From Candidatus Heimdallarchaeota archaeon B3_Heim (GTDB lineage: Archaea > Asgardarchaeota > Heimdallarchaeia > Hodarchaeales > Hodarchaeaceae), in NCBI GenBank assembly GCA_003144275.1, contig NJBF01000015.1, forward strand, positions 49,715-81,714: DNA of 32,000 nucleotides. Direction: 5' to 3'. This document shows positions 17,632 to 27,219 of the stretch, piece after piece (positions within the stretch are counted from its first letter, which is position 1; every line of letters begins with the position of its first letter). The translations under genes and the position numbers were made by a program. The notes beneath the pieces are model-generated. The model did not search any database, was not told the origin of the DNA, and saw nothing but the letters and a program-made list of their open reading frames with translations.

Positions 17632-18465
17632 TTAGCTTTTAGAAGCGCCTAACCATCCTTTTGCCCAATTAGGAGTATAGACTGCGATCCACATCAGAAC
17701 TGCATATATCATGATCATGAACCTGGCGGAGATCGACCAGAGAGCGTCATTCAGTAAAAGCTCGACATTTATTTTTGCACTGTCAAAAAATGCTGTAAAT
17801 GAGCTTGGGCTGAGGACTTCAATTGTAAAACCAATCGATAAAACTACCTGACTTAAGAAAAACCATCCCACTCGACGCCACGCGCTTACACCTTTCCGCT
17901 TTAATGAAACGCTCAAGAAGAGAAACAGGAATGACACTGTCCATAAGGGAACTAAGAAAAGAATCCACAATATGAATGTAGTAGAAGCATCATGAGTTGG
18001 GCTCCAATCACCCTCATGGTATACAAAATAAAAGGGAGAGGTAATTATGAGTACTAAATAGGCAGTAATAAGTAATATTGGTATTAGTAATAATTTTTTA
18101 TTACTATCAGGGAAAAAGGACTGAGTAAAGAAGTTAGCAGAAATAATGGCCAAACCACTGGTTATCCAAGCAAGAGCTGCAAACAAAAATCCGACCCAGA
18201 ATACATCAATGTCTGAATATTGGAAGATACTGATTGCGTCATCAAGTATTTGCGAATCAAGAGGATCTGCATTGACGAGTAACACCAATTGTTCAAGTGT
18301 AAGTAAGAGTAGTGCCAATCCACCAAATAAGAGAAGTAACGATAGATATAACGTTTGTTTCTTTTCAGAAATTTTATATGAACGGTAAAGACGGGTACCG
18401 AGCGCTAAATAAAATATAATTCCCAATACGACAAACACAACCCCGATTAAATCTGTAGTTTCCAT
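17632..18465 (-). CDS. Orphan 7-TM membrane protein (receptor-like), no output domain
   Basis: Seven hydrophobic segments (about aa 6-27, 38-63, 88-112, 125-146, 163-186, 198-219, 241-263), then an amphipathic TPNWAKGWLG tail. GGTGA RBS upstream. Confidence 0.75.
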   Translation of the reverse strand: METTDLIGVVFVVLGIIFYLALGTRLYRSYKISEKKQTLYLSLLLLFGGLALLLLTLEQLVLLVNADPLDSQILDDAISIFQYSDIDVFWVGFLFAALAWITSGLAIISANFFTQSFFPDSNKKLLLIPILLITAYLVLIITSPFYFVYHEGDWSPTHDASTTFILWILFLVPLWTVSFLFLFLSVSLKRKGVSAWRRVGWFFLSQVVLSIGFTIEVLSPSSFTAFFDSAKINVELLLNDALWSISARFMIMIYAVLMWIAVYTPNWAKGWLGASKS

Positions 18466-18649
18466 TAAGTTTCACCTGTAAAGCTTTGAAAGTTCATCAG
18501 AACGATAGTATAGTTGTTGTTATAATGTAATTACTAATCCTCAAAAAGTTTATGACGCCACTTGGAAGAGAAGGTGAAGTCAAAAAACACTTTAATTAAT
18601 TCGAAAAACTCCATTCTGCTTATTTTGGGAGTCTCTTAACTTCTCAAGG

Positions 18650-20137
18650 GTGAAAATATTGGCCTCTTCTTCTGATAATAGAATTGATGAAATCGGTGTG
18701 GAATTCGAAAAGTATCATATCCAGCTCTCAGAGCAGCGCTATAACCAAACTAGCGGGTTGGACTATGATAAAGCTGTGATGGAAGCAGCAAGCAATTCAT
18801 TAGTGGATTTAAGCACATCCTTTCTTACTCAATACTCAGAACCTCGCTCGTTCTATCTACATTGTCTCGCAGCAATATCTCAAGCACGTAAACTCCCAGT
18901 TACACTAGAGCTCTATGAAAAACGAACGAAAATATTATCGAGTGAAAAATTCAAGATTCATGGAAAACCCGTAAATTGGGGTTCATGGCGCCAATTCAAT
19001 GCAGTCGAGCCAGAAGATAATAATCGTAAACAGTTATTTGACGAGTTCATCCAGAAAGCACCAAATATTGCCCCATTAATTACAAAACGTTTTAATATCT
19101 CACGCCAAGTCTACAAGCTATATGAATCGAGTCCTTTGGACGCGTATCTTGAGCGAGAGTATTTAACTTACAATAAATTGAAAGACTTCGTGAATATTCT
19201 GGGAGATGGAGCGAGAAAATCATTTCTAGTTGCCGCAGACCATTTTGCTCCTGAAATTCTTGGAAAAGAGTCATTTGATTATCATGATGACTTTTACCTC
19301 GCAAGGGGACGAATCTACTCCCCTCTAAACAAGCACTTCATAAAGAAAAACCCCCAGAAATCGATTGAAAAAGTAGTATCGAACCTGGGTTTTGGAGAAG
19401 AGTTACACAAGATAAAAGTTGACAATGAGGATCGTGATAAGAAGTCACCTTCAGCATTTTGCTTTGGTATCCAAATTCCAAATGATGTACGTGTCGCTTA
19501 CAAGCGAGTGTCACCATTTAGCGACTTTACAAGTCTTTATCATGAATATGGTCACGGAATTCATGGTGCATCAGGTAAAGAAGACGATCCATTCTGGAAG
19601 CGGTATATTATTCCAATGAGCGTAGCTGAGACGTTTTCTATCTTTCTTGAAATGTTATTGCAACAGCCATTATATCTACAAAATGTACTCGGGTTGAATG
19701 AAGATGTAGTTCAAGAGATTCTTGATCGTCGACATTTCATGAATCTATACTTCTTAGTATTTTATGCTGCAAATGCACGAATGAAAATAGAATACTGGAA
19801 AAAGGGCTATTCTTATGAAGAAGCCTCCAAGAGATTCCAAGAACTAACTAAGAGGTATTTTTGGGAGGTTCCAGGTGATTACTGGTTAACACATCATATT
19901 ACACCAAATTATGATGTTTACGCCCCCTCCTATATGCTAGCTAGTGTACGTGTCAAAGAATGGATGAATCAAATGATAGATGAATTTGGTGAGGAATTTT
20001 GGCGTGGAGATGCGGCAAAACAAGTTGGAGCTGTAATTCGTGATCTCGCAACAGCACGTGGAGAGTTTGATCTGTCCGTTTGGGATATGGATCCACAACC
20101 TTACCTCAAGGAGCAATCCGAGTTATCTTTTTTCTAA
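18650..20137 (+). CDS. Zinc metallopeptidase, M3 (oligoendopeptidase F)-like
   Basis: PSAFCF, SLYHEYGHGIH (HExxH), downstream SVAETFSIFLE (third ligand Glu) and YAPSY. Confidence 0.88.
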   Translation: MKILASSSDNRIDEIGVEFEKYHIQLSEQRYNQTSGLDYDKAVMEAASNSLVDLSTSFLTQYSEPRSFYLHCLAAISQARKLPVTLELYEKRTKILSSEKFKIHGKPVNWGSWRQFNAVEPEDNNRKQLFDEFIQKAPNIAPLITKRFNISRQVYKLYESSPLDAYLEREYLTYNKLKDFVNILGDGARKSFLVAADHFAPEILGKESFDYHDDFYLARGRIYSPLNKHFIKKNPQKSIEKVVSNLGFGEELHKIKVDNEDRDKKSPSAFCFGIQIPNDVRVAYKRVSPFSDFTSLYHEYGHGIHGASGKEDDPFWKRYIIPMSVAETFSIFLEMLLQQPLYLQNVLGLNEDVVQEILDRRHFMNLYFLVFYAANARMKIEYWKKGYSYEEASKRFQELTKRYFWEVPGDYWLTHHITPNYDVYAPSYMLASVRVKEWMNQMIDEFGEEFWRGDAAKQVGAVIRDLATARGEFDLSVWDMDPQPYLKEQSELSFF

Positions 20138-20170
20138 AGCTTGAAATAGCTCCCCCTTATATCATAATCA

Positions 20171-22756
20171 TTATGAAAAGATATCCCATTCCATATCGTC
20201 AGCTGTAGCAAGAATTGCATTAAATGTAACAAGATCCGCCAGTGTAACAGTTCCGCTTAGTATAGAATCTATTAGTTCGATACACCTCGCTGAATTAACA
20301 TAAATTGAATTGGTGGCATTATCTTGAATATCGCCCCTTACTAAATTTTGCCAATTTGTAATAGCACTCTGGTTCAGGAGATGGGTTGGTACAGTGGCTA
20401 AGATATCATAAGTTTGATTAGCTGAGATTTGACTTTGGGTAAAGTTACCTCGTGCAGCCGAATAGTTCGCGGGGCCAACCAGATCTTGTGTTATAGTATC
20501 ATTTAATACCTTGATACCTAAGGAGAAAGCAGAACTAGCATCGTAGGTACCTTGTAATGCAGCATAATATTCACCTACTACATCAAATTCTGATGTTGTA
20601 TCATCAATAAATGTCTGTAATTCAGCTAGGAATGAATTTAGCGCTTGAAATTCGAGTTCATTTTGAGAGGTGACAATTGCATTCATCTCCCCTAAACTAT
20701 CTTGTGTGCCATTCAAGTACATACCTGTATTTGTTAAGCCTAATTCAATATCTTGCCAAATAGGATCATCAATATTTGAGACATTAGAGAAGGAGACATC
20801 TTGAAAAAGCCTCAAAGTATTGTTTAGTTGTTGAAACATCTGAGTTCCATTCTGAATCGTATATAAGAAATATTTGGTAACTGAATGAAGATTAATACTA
20901 AATTCTGCAAGATCACGAATAGGGACAATTGAGGTATTAGGTAGGGTTTCAACATCAATATCAAGAATCGAGGCTGATCGATCAAAATCAGCAGAAGCGC
21001 TTGCTAAATAATTACTGTCAAACTCGAAACCGAATAAATCGTCAATCACTAGTGTTAATTTGTATGTACTATTCACCCAAGGAGTCAAACCGTCTAAAAT
21101 AGTAATTAAAATCGGTAACACCAGTTCTAATTCCGTTAAAACGGAGGAAATTTCTGCAAAAACCGAGTAACCTAATTTTTCTCTCGCTTGTGAAAAAAGA
21201 GTAAGAAGTGGATCCTCTATGGAAGTAAGATTGTTTGTACCCTGAAGAAGAAGGTCAAGGGCAACCCGCATAGACGGGTCATATGTTGCCGTAATTGATG
21301 CGCCGTAACCACCAAGGGGAGAATGATCAATAGAGCCTTGGAGTAGAGTAAAAGTAAGATTTATTCCAGACTCTAAATTAGTTAAAGACCAAAGTAAATT
21401 GGGAACGTACGTCAACGCACTAGAAACGACTTTAGTTAAATCAAGAATTTGTGGTAGATCTTTCAGTGGTATTCCAGCAACTTGAGGTATGATAAATGGC
21501 AATAAGTATGCAATGAGGGGATTTTCGGCAAATTGTTTAAAAGAATTACCTGCTTTATCAAAATTGAATTGAGCAGACTCTATTAAAGCCATTAATCTAT
21601 CAAAATTCTCTTCGAGATTGGTGAAAAAATCCTCTGAAAAGATGTCGGCTGTTTCTGTAACACCAATACTCGCATATAATGTTCCTTCCATACCTTTTCC
21701 GATTGCATGGTAAGTCATTGGTATTATGATTATCGAGATTAGAAATAATGCGGCAAACAATGTTTTGACAGTAATTGTACGTATTGAAAGTTTTTTCTCA
21801 ACTTTTCCAAGTAGTCCTGCTAATCCAGCTCCAATGGTAAATGGAGTTATCCCTAGAAGGATAATATCAAGAAAAGGGACAATTGCTCCTAGTAGGTCAA
21901 AACCAATGAAGATTTGAGAACCTATTGATTCCACAATCGATTTATTTCGTAGGATTCCAACCAAATTTTGCCTTGAGATATTGTTGAATATACCCCATGG
22001 ATTTATACCATCGATTAAGATGTTAAAATGTATTAAAGTTTCAATTATCAAGTATGAGGAAATTAATGAGAGTATACCTAGGGGAGAATGACGAAAGGAT
22101 CGTTTAACAATGGGATATAGACACACTAGGATAGATAATAGACAGATAACTAATAGATATGTTGTCATCTCTTCTAGCCAAGTTATAGGGAGAACAATTA
22201 CAACTAATGTTGGCAAAATTATACTTAAGGCAAATAGTGTGAGTTTTCCTTCAGTTGTTTCCAGGATTGGCACATAAGAAGTTTTACGCGATAATTCCAC
22301 GGAATTTGAAGCATGATAAATAGCTTTGATTTTTCCTAATCCTTGTATTGGTTTAGTTTCAGGTTGAATTATTTGGATAAGCAGGTTAACAAGTGTTTTA
22401 TAACCAATATAGTTATATTGGGCATCAACGCCTTCTAAAACTAGATATTCAAACTTATTCCGAAAAAGGAGAGAAATTGGACCGATTTTCTCAAAAACCA
22501 ACATTAAGATATGAATTTCCTCTTCACTACTAAAACTGGTACATTTCTTAAATTTCAGATTCCTTAAGTGGCCTTGCGCAAATCCATAATGTTTGTCGCG
22601 ACTATGTTCGTTTAAAGCCCGTAACATCTTTTCTTTAGGAAAGCTAGGAAATTCAACGGATGGATCAGTTAATGAATTAACATTAAAACGGAAGGATTCT
22701 ATTTTAGGTTTTCCTTCTGCTTGTAAATTGAAGCTGATTTGGCATTTATCAGGCAT
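20171..22756 (-). CDS. Large membrane protein: ~170-aa soluble N-terminal domain, ~5 TM, long helical sequon-rich C-terminal region
   Basis: 861-aa ORF. Hydrophobic block at about aa 172-350. The C-terminal half is amphipathic-helical with 14 N-x-S/T sequons counted by eye. Confidence 0.8.
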   Translation of the reverse strand: MPDKCQISFNLQAEGKPKIESFRFNVNSLTDPSVEFPSFPKEKMLRALNEHSRDKHYGFAQGHLRNLKFKKCTSFSSEEEIHILMLVFEKIGPISLLFRNKFEYLVLEGVDAQYNYIGYKTLVNLLIQIIQPETKPIQGLGKIKAIYHASNSVELSRKTSYVPILETTEGKLTLFALSIILPTLVVIVLPITWLEEMTTYLLVICLLSILVCLYPIVKRSFRHSPLGILSLISSYLIIETLIHFNILIDGINPWGIFNNISRQNLVGILRNKSIVESIGSQIFIGFDLLGAIVPFLDIILLGITPFTIGAGLAGLLGKVEKKLSIRTITVKTLFAALFLISIIIIPMTYHAIGKGMEGTLYASIGVTETADIFSEDFFTNLEENFDRLMALIESAQFNFDKAGNSFKQFAENPLIAYLLPFIIPQVAGIPLKDLPQILDLTKVVSSALTYVPNLLWSLTNLESGINLTFTLLQGSIDHSPLGGYGASITATYDPSMRVALDLLLQGTNNLTSIEDPLLTLFSQAREKLGYSVFAEISSVLTELELVLPILITILDGLTPWVNSTYKLTLVIDDLFGFEFDSNYLASASADFDRSASILDIDVETLPNTSIVPIRDLAEFSINLHSVTKYFLYTIQNGTQMFQQLNNTLRLFQDVSFSNVSNIDDPIWQDIELGLTNTGMYLNGTQDSLGEMNAIVTSQNELEFQALNSFLAELQTFIDDTTSEFDVVGEYYAALQGTYDASSAFSLGIKVLNDTITQDLVGPANYSAARGNFTQSQISANQTYDILATVPTHLLNQSAITNWQNLVRGDIQDNATNSIYVNSARCIELIDSILSGTVTLADLVTFNAILATADDMEWDIFS

Positions 22757-22924
22757 AGGAGTTCACGAATCTCATATAGTTGATAAGTCCATATAATTAT
22801 GTATTAATATAATATTAACCTAATTCCATATAAATTGGCGAATCCTTTTAAGAAAATACTTTTCAGTGAACATCATTGAAATAATAACAAATTTGTGGCT
22901 CAAGCTATAAGAGGAGTTAGTACA

Positions 22925-23464
22925 TTGCCAAAGAAGAAAGGAAAGACGGGTAAATTTGCATTTAAACTACTTCTGGTGGGGGAACCTGAAGTGGGAAAGA
23001 CTAGTTTAATTAAACGTTATGTGGATAACTTTTTTGAAGAGGGTTATCAAATCACACTAGGAGTAGATTTTTTATCAAAAACAGTAATGTTAGATGTGGA
23101 GGAAGGTAAACAGGAGTTAATATATCAGATTTGGGACGTAGCAGGGCAGAGTGGGTTTACTAACTTCCGTCATTTATACCTTAAAAAGGCTCATGGCGTT
23201 TTTCTTGTTTTTGATCTCAGCAGACCTGAAGAAACTTTCACAAAGCTTGAACGATGGCGAAGTGATGTACGGGAACAGAGTCCAAACGCCAAAATCATTG
23301 TGATTGGTAATAAAGAGGATCTTGCGGAAGGAAAAATCCCTGGTTCTAAAGAAGAAATAATAGAAAAGTTTGAAGCAGAGGAGTTTATAACAACATCGGC
23401 TAAAACAGGATCCAAGGTAGAAGCTGCGTTCGTTCAGATGGGTAAGTTGATCTTAGGAGAGTAA
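22925..23464 (+). CDS. Rab-like small GTPase (no C-terminal CC/CAAX tail)
   Basis: G1 GEPEVGKTS, G2 TLGVDF, G3 WDVAGQ, G4 NKED, G5 SAKTG, plus RabF-like IWD and LVFD elements. The TTG at 22925 after GGAG is preferred over the GTG at 22895. Confidence 0.93.
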   Translation: MPKKKGKTGKFAFKLLLVGEPEVGKTSLIKRYVDNFFEEGYQITLGVDFLSKTVMLDVEEGKQELIYQIWDVAGQSGFTNFRHLYLKKAHGVFLVFDLSRPEETFTKLERWRSDVREQSPNAKIIVIGNKEDLAEGKIPGSKEEIIEKFEAEEFITTSAKTGSKVEAAFVQMGKLILGE

Positions 23465-23470
23465 AGGACA

Positions 23471-24259
23471 ATGGTTTCTTTTAATGAACTTGAAATCTTC
23501 TTGGGTTTCTTTGTATTTACTAACAAAGGACGACCTCTAATCGCCAAGGATTTTCGTCCAAATAAAGATGCTGATGATTTCTCCCCTAAACAAATCTTCT
23601 CTCTTCTTCAATCAGCATTCGACCTTTCACAAGGATTAAAAGAAGAAAAAATTGATCCAGGACAAATATTTTATGTGGACTTTTCTTCTATGCGCATTGC
23701 TGGCATTCTCCGAAGTGAAGGATTGTTCGCACTAATTACTTCCGCTTCTGCTTCATTATTAGATATCGAATTTAAATTAAGGACTTTAATGACTTTATTT
23801 CTCGGAAGTTTCTCCTATAAATTTGGTAGAAAATCTATTAGAATAACCTCGAAAGAGAAAAAAGAATTTGACGGGGCAATTTTAACAGTCATGGCTGGAG
23901 AAAGTAGATATATGGGTGAATCCATGAAACAAGCTGTGGATGCAATTCTGGTAAAATGGATGAAGAATGAAGAAGCCATTCAGGGAGTGTGTATCTCTTC
24001 TTTCACAGGAGCTGTTATTGTGAATCGTATGGATTCAAAAATCCTTCCAGCAGCAGTTCGTGCGATTCGAGGAGCATTCGCTGCTCATCTAGAACAACCA
24101 GTATTCTTTCTTGCTGTTAGTGGGGTTTCTAATATCTTTGTCTACATCTTAGGAGAAGGGTTATTGCTACTTGTTGATGCGAACCCGAAAATTGCGCCCT
24201 CTGCTGCAATTACGACGATAGAGTCGAAAATTACTGATATCAAACAATTAATTATTTAG
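23471..24259 (+). CDS. Longin + roadblock/LC7 two-domain protein
   Basis: N-terminal GFFVFTNKGRPLIAKDF resembles the first strands of sigma-adaptin/zeta-COP longins. C-terminal LVKWMKNEEAIQGVCISSFTGAVIV...GLLLLV is roadblock-like. Starts 6 nt after the GTPase stop. Confidence 0.7.
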   Translation: MVSFNELEIFLGFFVFTNKGRPLIAKDFRPNKDADDFSPKQIFSLLQSAFDLSQGLKEEKIDPGQIFYVDFSSMRIAGILRSEGLFALITSASASLLDIEFKLRTLMTLFLGSFSYKFGRKSIRITSKEKKEFDGAILTVMAGESRYMGESMKQAVDAILVKWMKNEEAIQGVCISSFTGAVIVNRMDSKILPAAVRAIRGAFAAHLEQPVFFLAVSGVSNIFVYILGEGLLLLVDANPKIAPSAAITTIESKITDIKQLII

Positions 24260-24276
24260 GTAATATTATTCCTATT

Positions 24277-26376
24277 GTGAAGAGCTTGATAGAGCAGCAA
24301 AACCAAGGAACAGTATATTTTCCAATCGTATTCCATATGCATCAACCCGTGGGGAATTTTCCTTGGGTCATTGAAGATGCTTATCAAAAATCTTATCTTC
24401 CACTTCTCAAAACTATTCAAAAATTTCCAGATATCAAGATAAATCTCCATATTTCTGGACCCTTATTAATTTGGTTAAAAGAAAACCATTCTGACTTTTT
24501 AGATCTCATTTACGGTCTATACTCAAATCATCAGCTAGAGATCGTTGGAGGAGGATTTTATGAACCAATTCTAGCAGTAATTCCTGAAGAAGATCGCTTT
24601 AGACAATTACAGAAAACGATTGAATGGTGGAAGTCCAATTACAATATTACTCCAAGAGGGATATGGCTTGCAGAAAGAGTATGGGTTCCTGATCTCCCAA
24701 GAACACTTTCAGAAATGAAAGTTGAATTCGTCTTTATCGATGATTATTTGCTCCATATGGCTGGGTTTTCGGAAGAGGAGACCTTCTATGCCTATAAAAC
24801 TGAATACCAAGGAAAATCCATAACAGTCCTTCCCATTAATGAATCAATTCGTTATTTAGTCCCTTGGAAGTCCCCTTCGGAATCGATCCGTTATCTTCGT
24901 AAAGCACGAGATCCTCGTCACGAAAAAATCGTTGTAATGATATCAGATGCAGAAAAAATGGGAGTATGGCCTGCGGGAGATCGTACAACACACGATATTT
25001 GTTATATTAGTGGATACGATGGAAAGAAAGGATGGATGGAAAGTTTTTTTGAGTCTCTTGTCGAAAATGACTGGATCAAACCTACATTAGTAAGTACGTA
25101 CCTGAATGACCATAATCCAAGAGGGCTTATTTACCTACCAACAAGTTCTTACGATAAAATGGCAATCTGGGCACTTCCCACTCCTTTACGAATTCGTCTG
25201 GAAGAGTTACGAAAGAAAGCTGAAAATGGTGAAATACCCCATGCTGAAGATGTTTTGACCTTCGCTAAAGGATCTCTTTGGCAGAATTTTCTGATAAAAT
25301 ATTCACAAGCAAATGTAATGCATAAAAGGATGTTATACTGTAGACACAAATTAAAAAAAATCGAATCTTTTACCTCTTCCACCGACCTTGAAGATGTATG
25401 GGAGCATATCCTCTCAAGCCAATCCAATGATGCCTACTGGTCAGGGATGTTTGGAGGAATTTACTACAGATTTCTTCGTCACACCTGCCTAAAACATGTT
25501 AATAAAGCAGAGTTTTTGATGGATCAGATTTGTAAAGAGCATGAAATAGAACTACCCGGTGTGTTAATACAAGATATCTTATTAGATGGCCAACCTGATG
25601 GTGTTTTAGAAAATAAGAATATATCCTGTTTCATTTCGTCACTTAAAGGAGGATCTATATTTTCTCTTAATTTAAAGGAACGAGGTTATGATTTTCTAAA
25701 TGTTCTAAGGCGATCTTTGGAAGCTTATCATACAGGGGAGATTCCTGTTGTTGAAGATAGGATAGAAAAATGGACGTTTCAAGATCACTTCTTTCACGAG
25801 ATAAATGATATTCAAACTTATCAAACAGATCAATATGTAGATATGGGAAATTTTGCAAATCGAAGATATACCATTCAACCAGATAATAAAGGATCAATAA
25901 CCCTAAATCGAATTGGGCAGGTGACAGGGAAGAATGGAAGAATTATACCCGTTTCAGTAAAGAAAACATATCAGGTTGATGATTCAATTTTAACTGTATA
26001 CTATGAGATTTTAGTCTCAGATAATGATTTTGATAGTAGTTTTTATTTTTCTCCAGAAATGAACTTCCTTGGAGCTTCTTATCCATATAAAACTAATGGG
26101 TTCCTAAATCAAGAAAAATTTGACCTTGATAAAGGAATCTCTAGAGCGTCGTGCCATCATTTTAAAATTCAGGATTTGAATGAGATTGAACAAGTCTCAT
26201 TAAAGGTAAAATTTCCTTATCCAATCCGTTGCATTGCATTCCCTCTAATGTCATTTGCTAAAAGTGAAATCGGTTACGAGGAGCAATATCAAGGTACTTC
26301 CATTTATCCATTCTTTGAAATCAACAAGAAAAAGACGATTTTTCAGATGGAGCTAACGTTAACACATTTGGAATGA
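24277..26376 (+). CDS. GH57 alpha-amylase/4-alpha-glucanotransferase (AmyA-like, with DUF1925/DUF1926-type C-terminal domains)
   Basis: FHMHQPVGNF, LHISGPL, GGGFYEPIL, WLAERVW (catalytic Glu), SDAEKMGVWP (catalytic Asp), SQSNDAYW and GIGYEEQYQG-like SEIGYEEQYQG. Confidence 0.94.
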   Translation: MKSLIEQQNQGTVYFPIVFHMHQPVGNFPWVIEDAYQKSYLPLLKTIQKFPDIKINLHISGPLLIWLKENHSDFLDLIYGLYSNHQLEIVGGGFYEPILAVIPEEDRFRQLQKTIEWWKSNYNITPRGIWLAERVWVPDLPRTLSEMKVEFVFIDDYLLHMAGFSEEETFYAYKTEYQGKSITVLPINESIRYLVPWKSPSESIRYLRKARDPRHEKIVVMISDAEKMGVWPAGDRTTHDICYISGYDGKKGWMESFFESLVENDWIKPTLVSTYLNDHNPRGLIYLPTSSYDKMAIWALPTPLRIRLEELRKKAENGEIPHAEDVLTFAKGSLWQNFLIKYSQANVMHKRMLYCRHKLKKIESFTSSTDLEDVWEHILSSQSNDAYWSGMFGGIYYRFLRHTCLKHVNKAEFLMDQICKEHEIELPGVLIQDILLDGQPDGVLENKNISCFISSLKGGSIFSLNLKERGYDFLNVLRRSLEAYHTGEIPVVEDRIEKWTFQDHFFHEINDIQTYQTDQYVDMGNFANRRYTIQPDNKGSITLNRIGQVTGKNGRIIPVSVKKTYQVDDSILTVYYEILVSDNDFDSSFYFSPEMNFLGASYPYKTNGFLNQEKFDLDKGISRASCHHFKIQDLNEIEQVSLKVKFPYPIRCIAFPLMSFAKSEIGYEEQYQGTSIYPFFEINKKKTIFQMELTLTHLE

Positions 26377-26435
26377 AAAAATTAAAGGATATTAAGGCAT
26401 TAACGAAAAAATTAGGTGTTGTGTCTTCATTGAAC

Positions 26436-26570
26436 CTATGAGAGTAGGTAAAGGAGAAAGACAATACCGAACAAGAATATGAACCCCACGCCGTAAGTGA
26501 AGACTACATCCATCAGGTTCATCATCAATTTTACTTTTCTTAGTAGAATTCCCATTTCTCTGGGTAACAT
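26436..26570 (-). CDS. Unannotated 44-aa small protein with a single C-terminal TM (tail-anchored)
   Basis: My translation: MLPREMGILLRKVKLMMNLMDVVFTYGVGFIFLFGIVFLLYLLS*. GAGG lies about 9 nt upstream of the ATG. It fills an otherwise empty 350-nt gap. Confidence 0.45.
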   Translation of the reverse strand: MLPREMGILLRKVKLMMNLMDVVFTYGVGFIFLFGIVFLLYLLS

Positions 26571-26729
26571 TGGGATTTCCCTCTTAATAAAGTCTTCTAA
26601 AAAGTATCCTTCAAAAGAAGGATTTTCTGGGACGTAAGGAAGATTAGGTAAAAAAATTATGAAAAATGGAGAAATCGGGTAATTTTTTTAGCCAAAGGAG
26701 TTAAACAACAAATATCTTTTTAGAAAGTA

Positions 26730-27164
26730 GTGGTGAATGATGTGGTAAATAAACCTAAAAACCTTCAAAAAACCAAAAAATATTTACGAAAAGTTATTGA
26801 TGATGGTGCAAGATTAAGACAATATTTTCTACGAGGTCATGGCAACTGGTTTGCCTTGATGTTTTCATTGATAAATTTTACACTAATTTTTTACAATCTA
26901 TTGTTTGTAAACTTGTTTTTTATACCAGCATTTCTTAAATCCTTTTCTTTATTCTTCATAATCTTTGGTGTGATATATTTTCCCATAGCCACTGTAGTGG
27001 GTTGGTTAGATTTTAAGAAAGGAACTTATAGAGCTGAACAACAGCTTACCCGAGAAATTTCCCCTATTTGGAGCGAAGTTTTCGCGAAATTGGAACAACT
27101 AGCCCAACAAAATCAAGACGTTTTGAGGACGATGAAGGCACTAGACAAGCCTGATAAGGACTAG
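26730..27164 (+). CDS. Hypothetical 2-TM membrane protein with C-terminal coiled-coil
   Basis: Two hydrophobic segments, then GWLDFKKGTYRAE and a heptad-like tail. Confidence 0.8.
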   Translation: MVNDVVNKPKNLQKTKKYLRKVIDDGARLRQYFLRGHGNWFALMFSLINFTLIFYNLLFVNLFFIPAFLKSFSLFFIIFGVIYFPIATVVGWLDFKKGTYRAEQQLTREISPIWSEVFAKLEQLAQQNQDVLRTMKALDKPDKD

Positions 27165-27219
27165 CAAGTCCTTATCCAGCCTTTAGGAAAAAAATTGGAG
27201 AAGAAATGGAACAATATTC

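Noticed and set aside
17632-18465. 7TM protein as a microbial rhodopsin
   Set aside because: No Lys in the seventh helix (no DxxxK or SxxxK motif).
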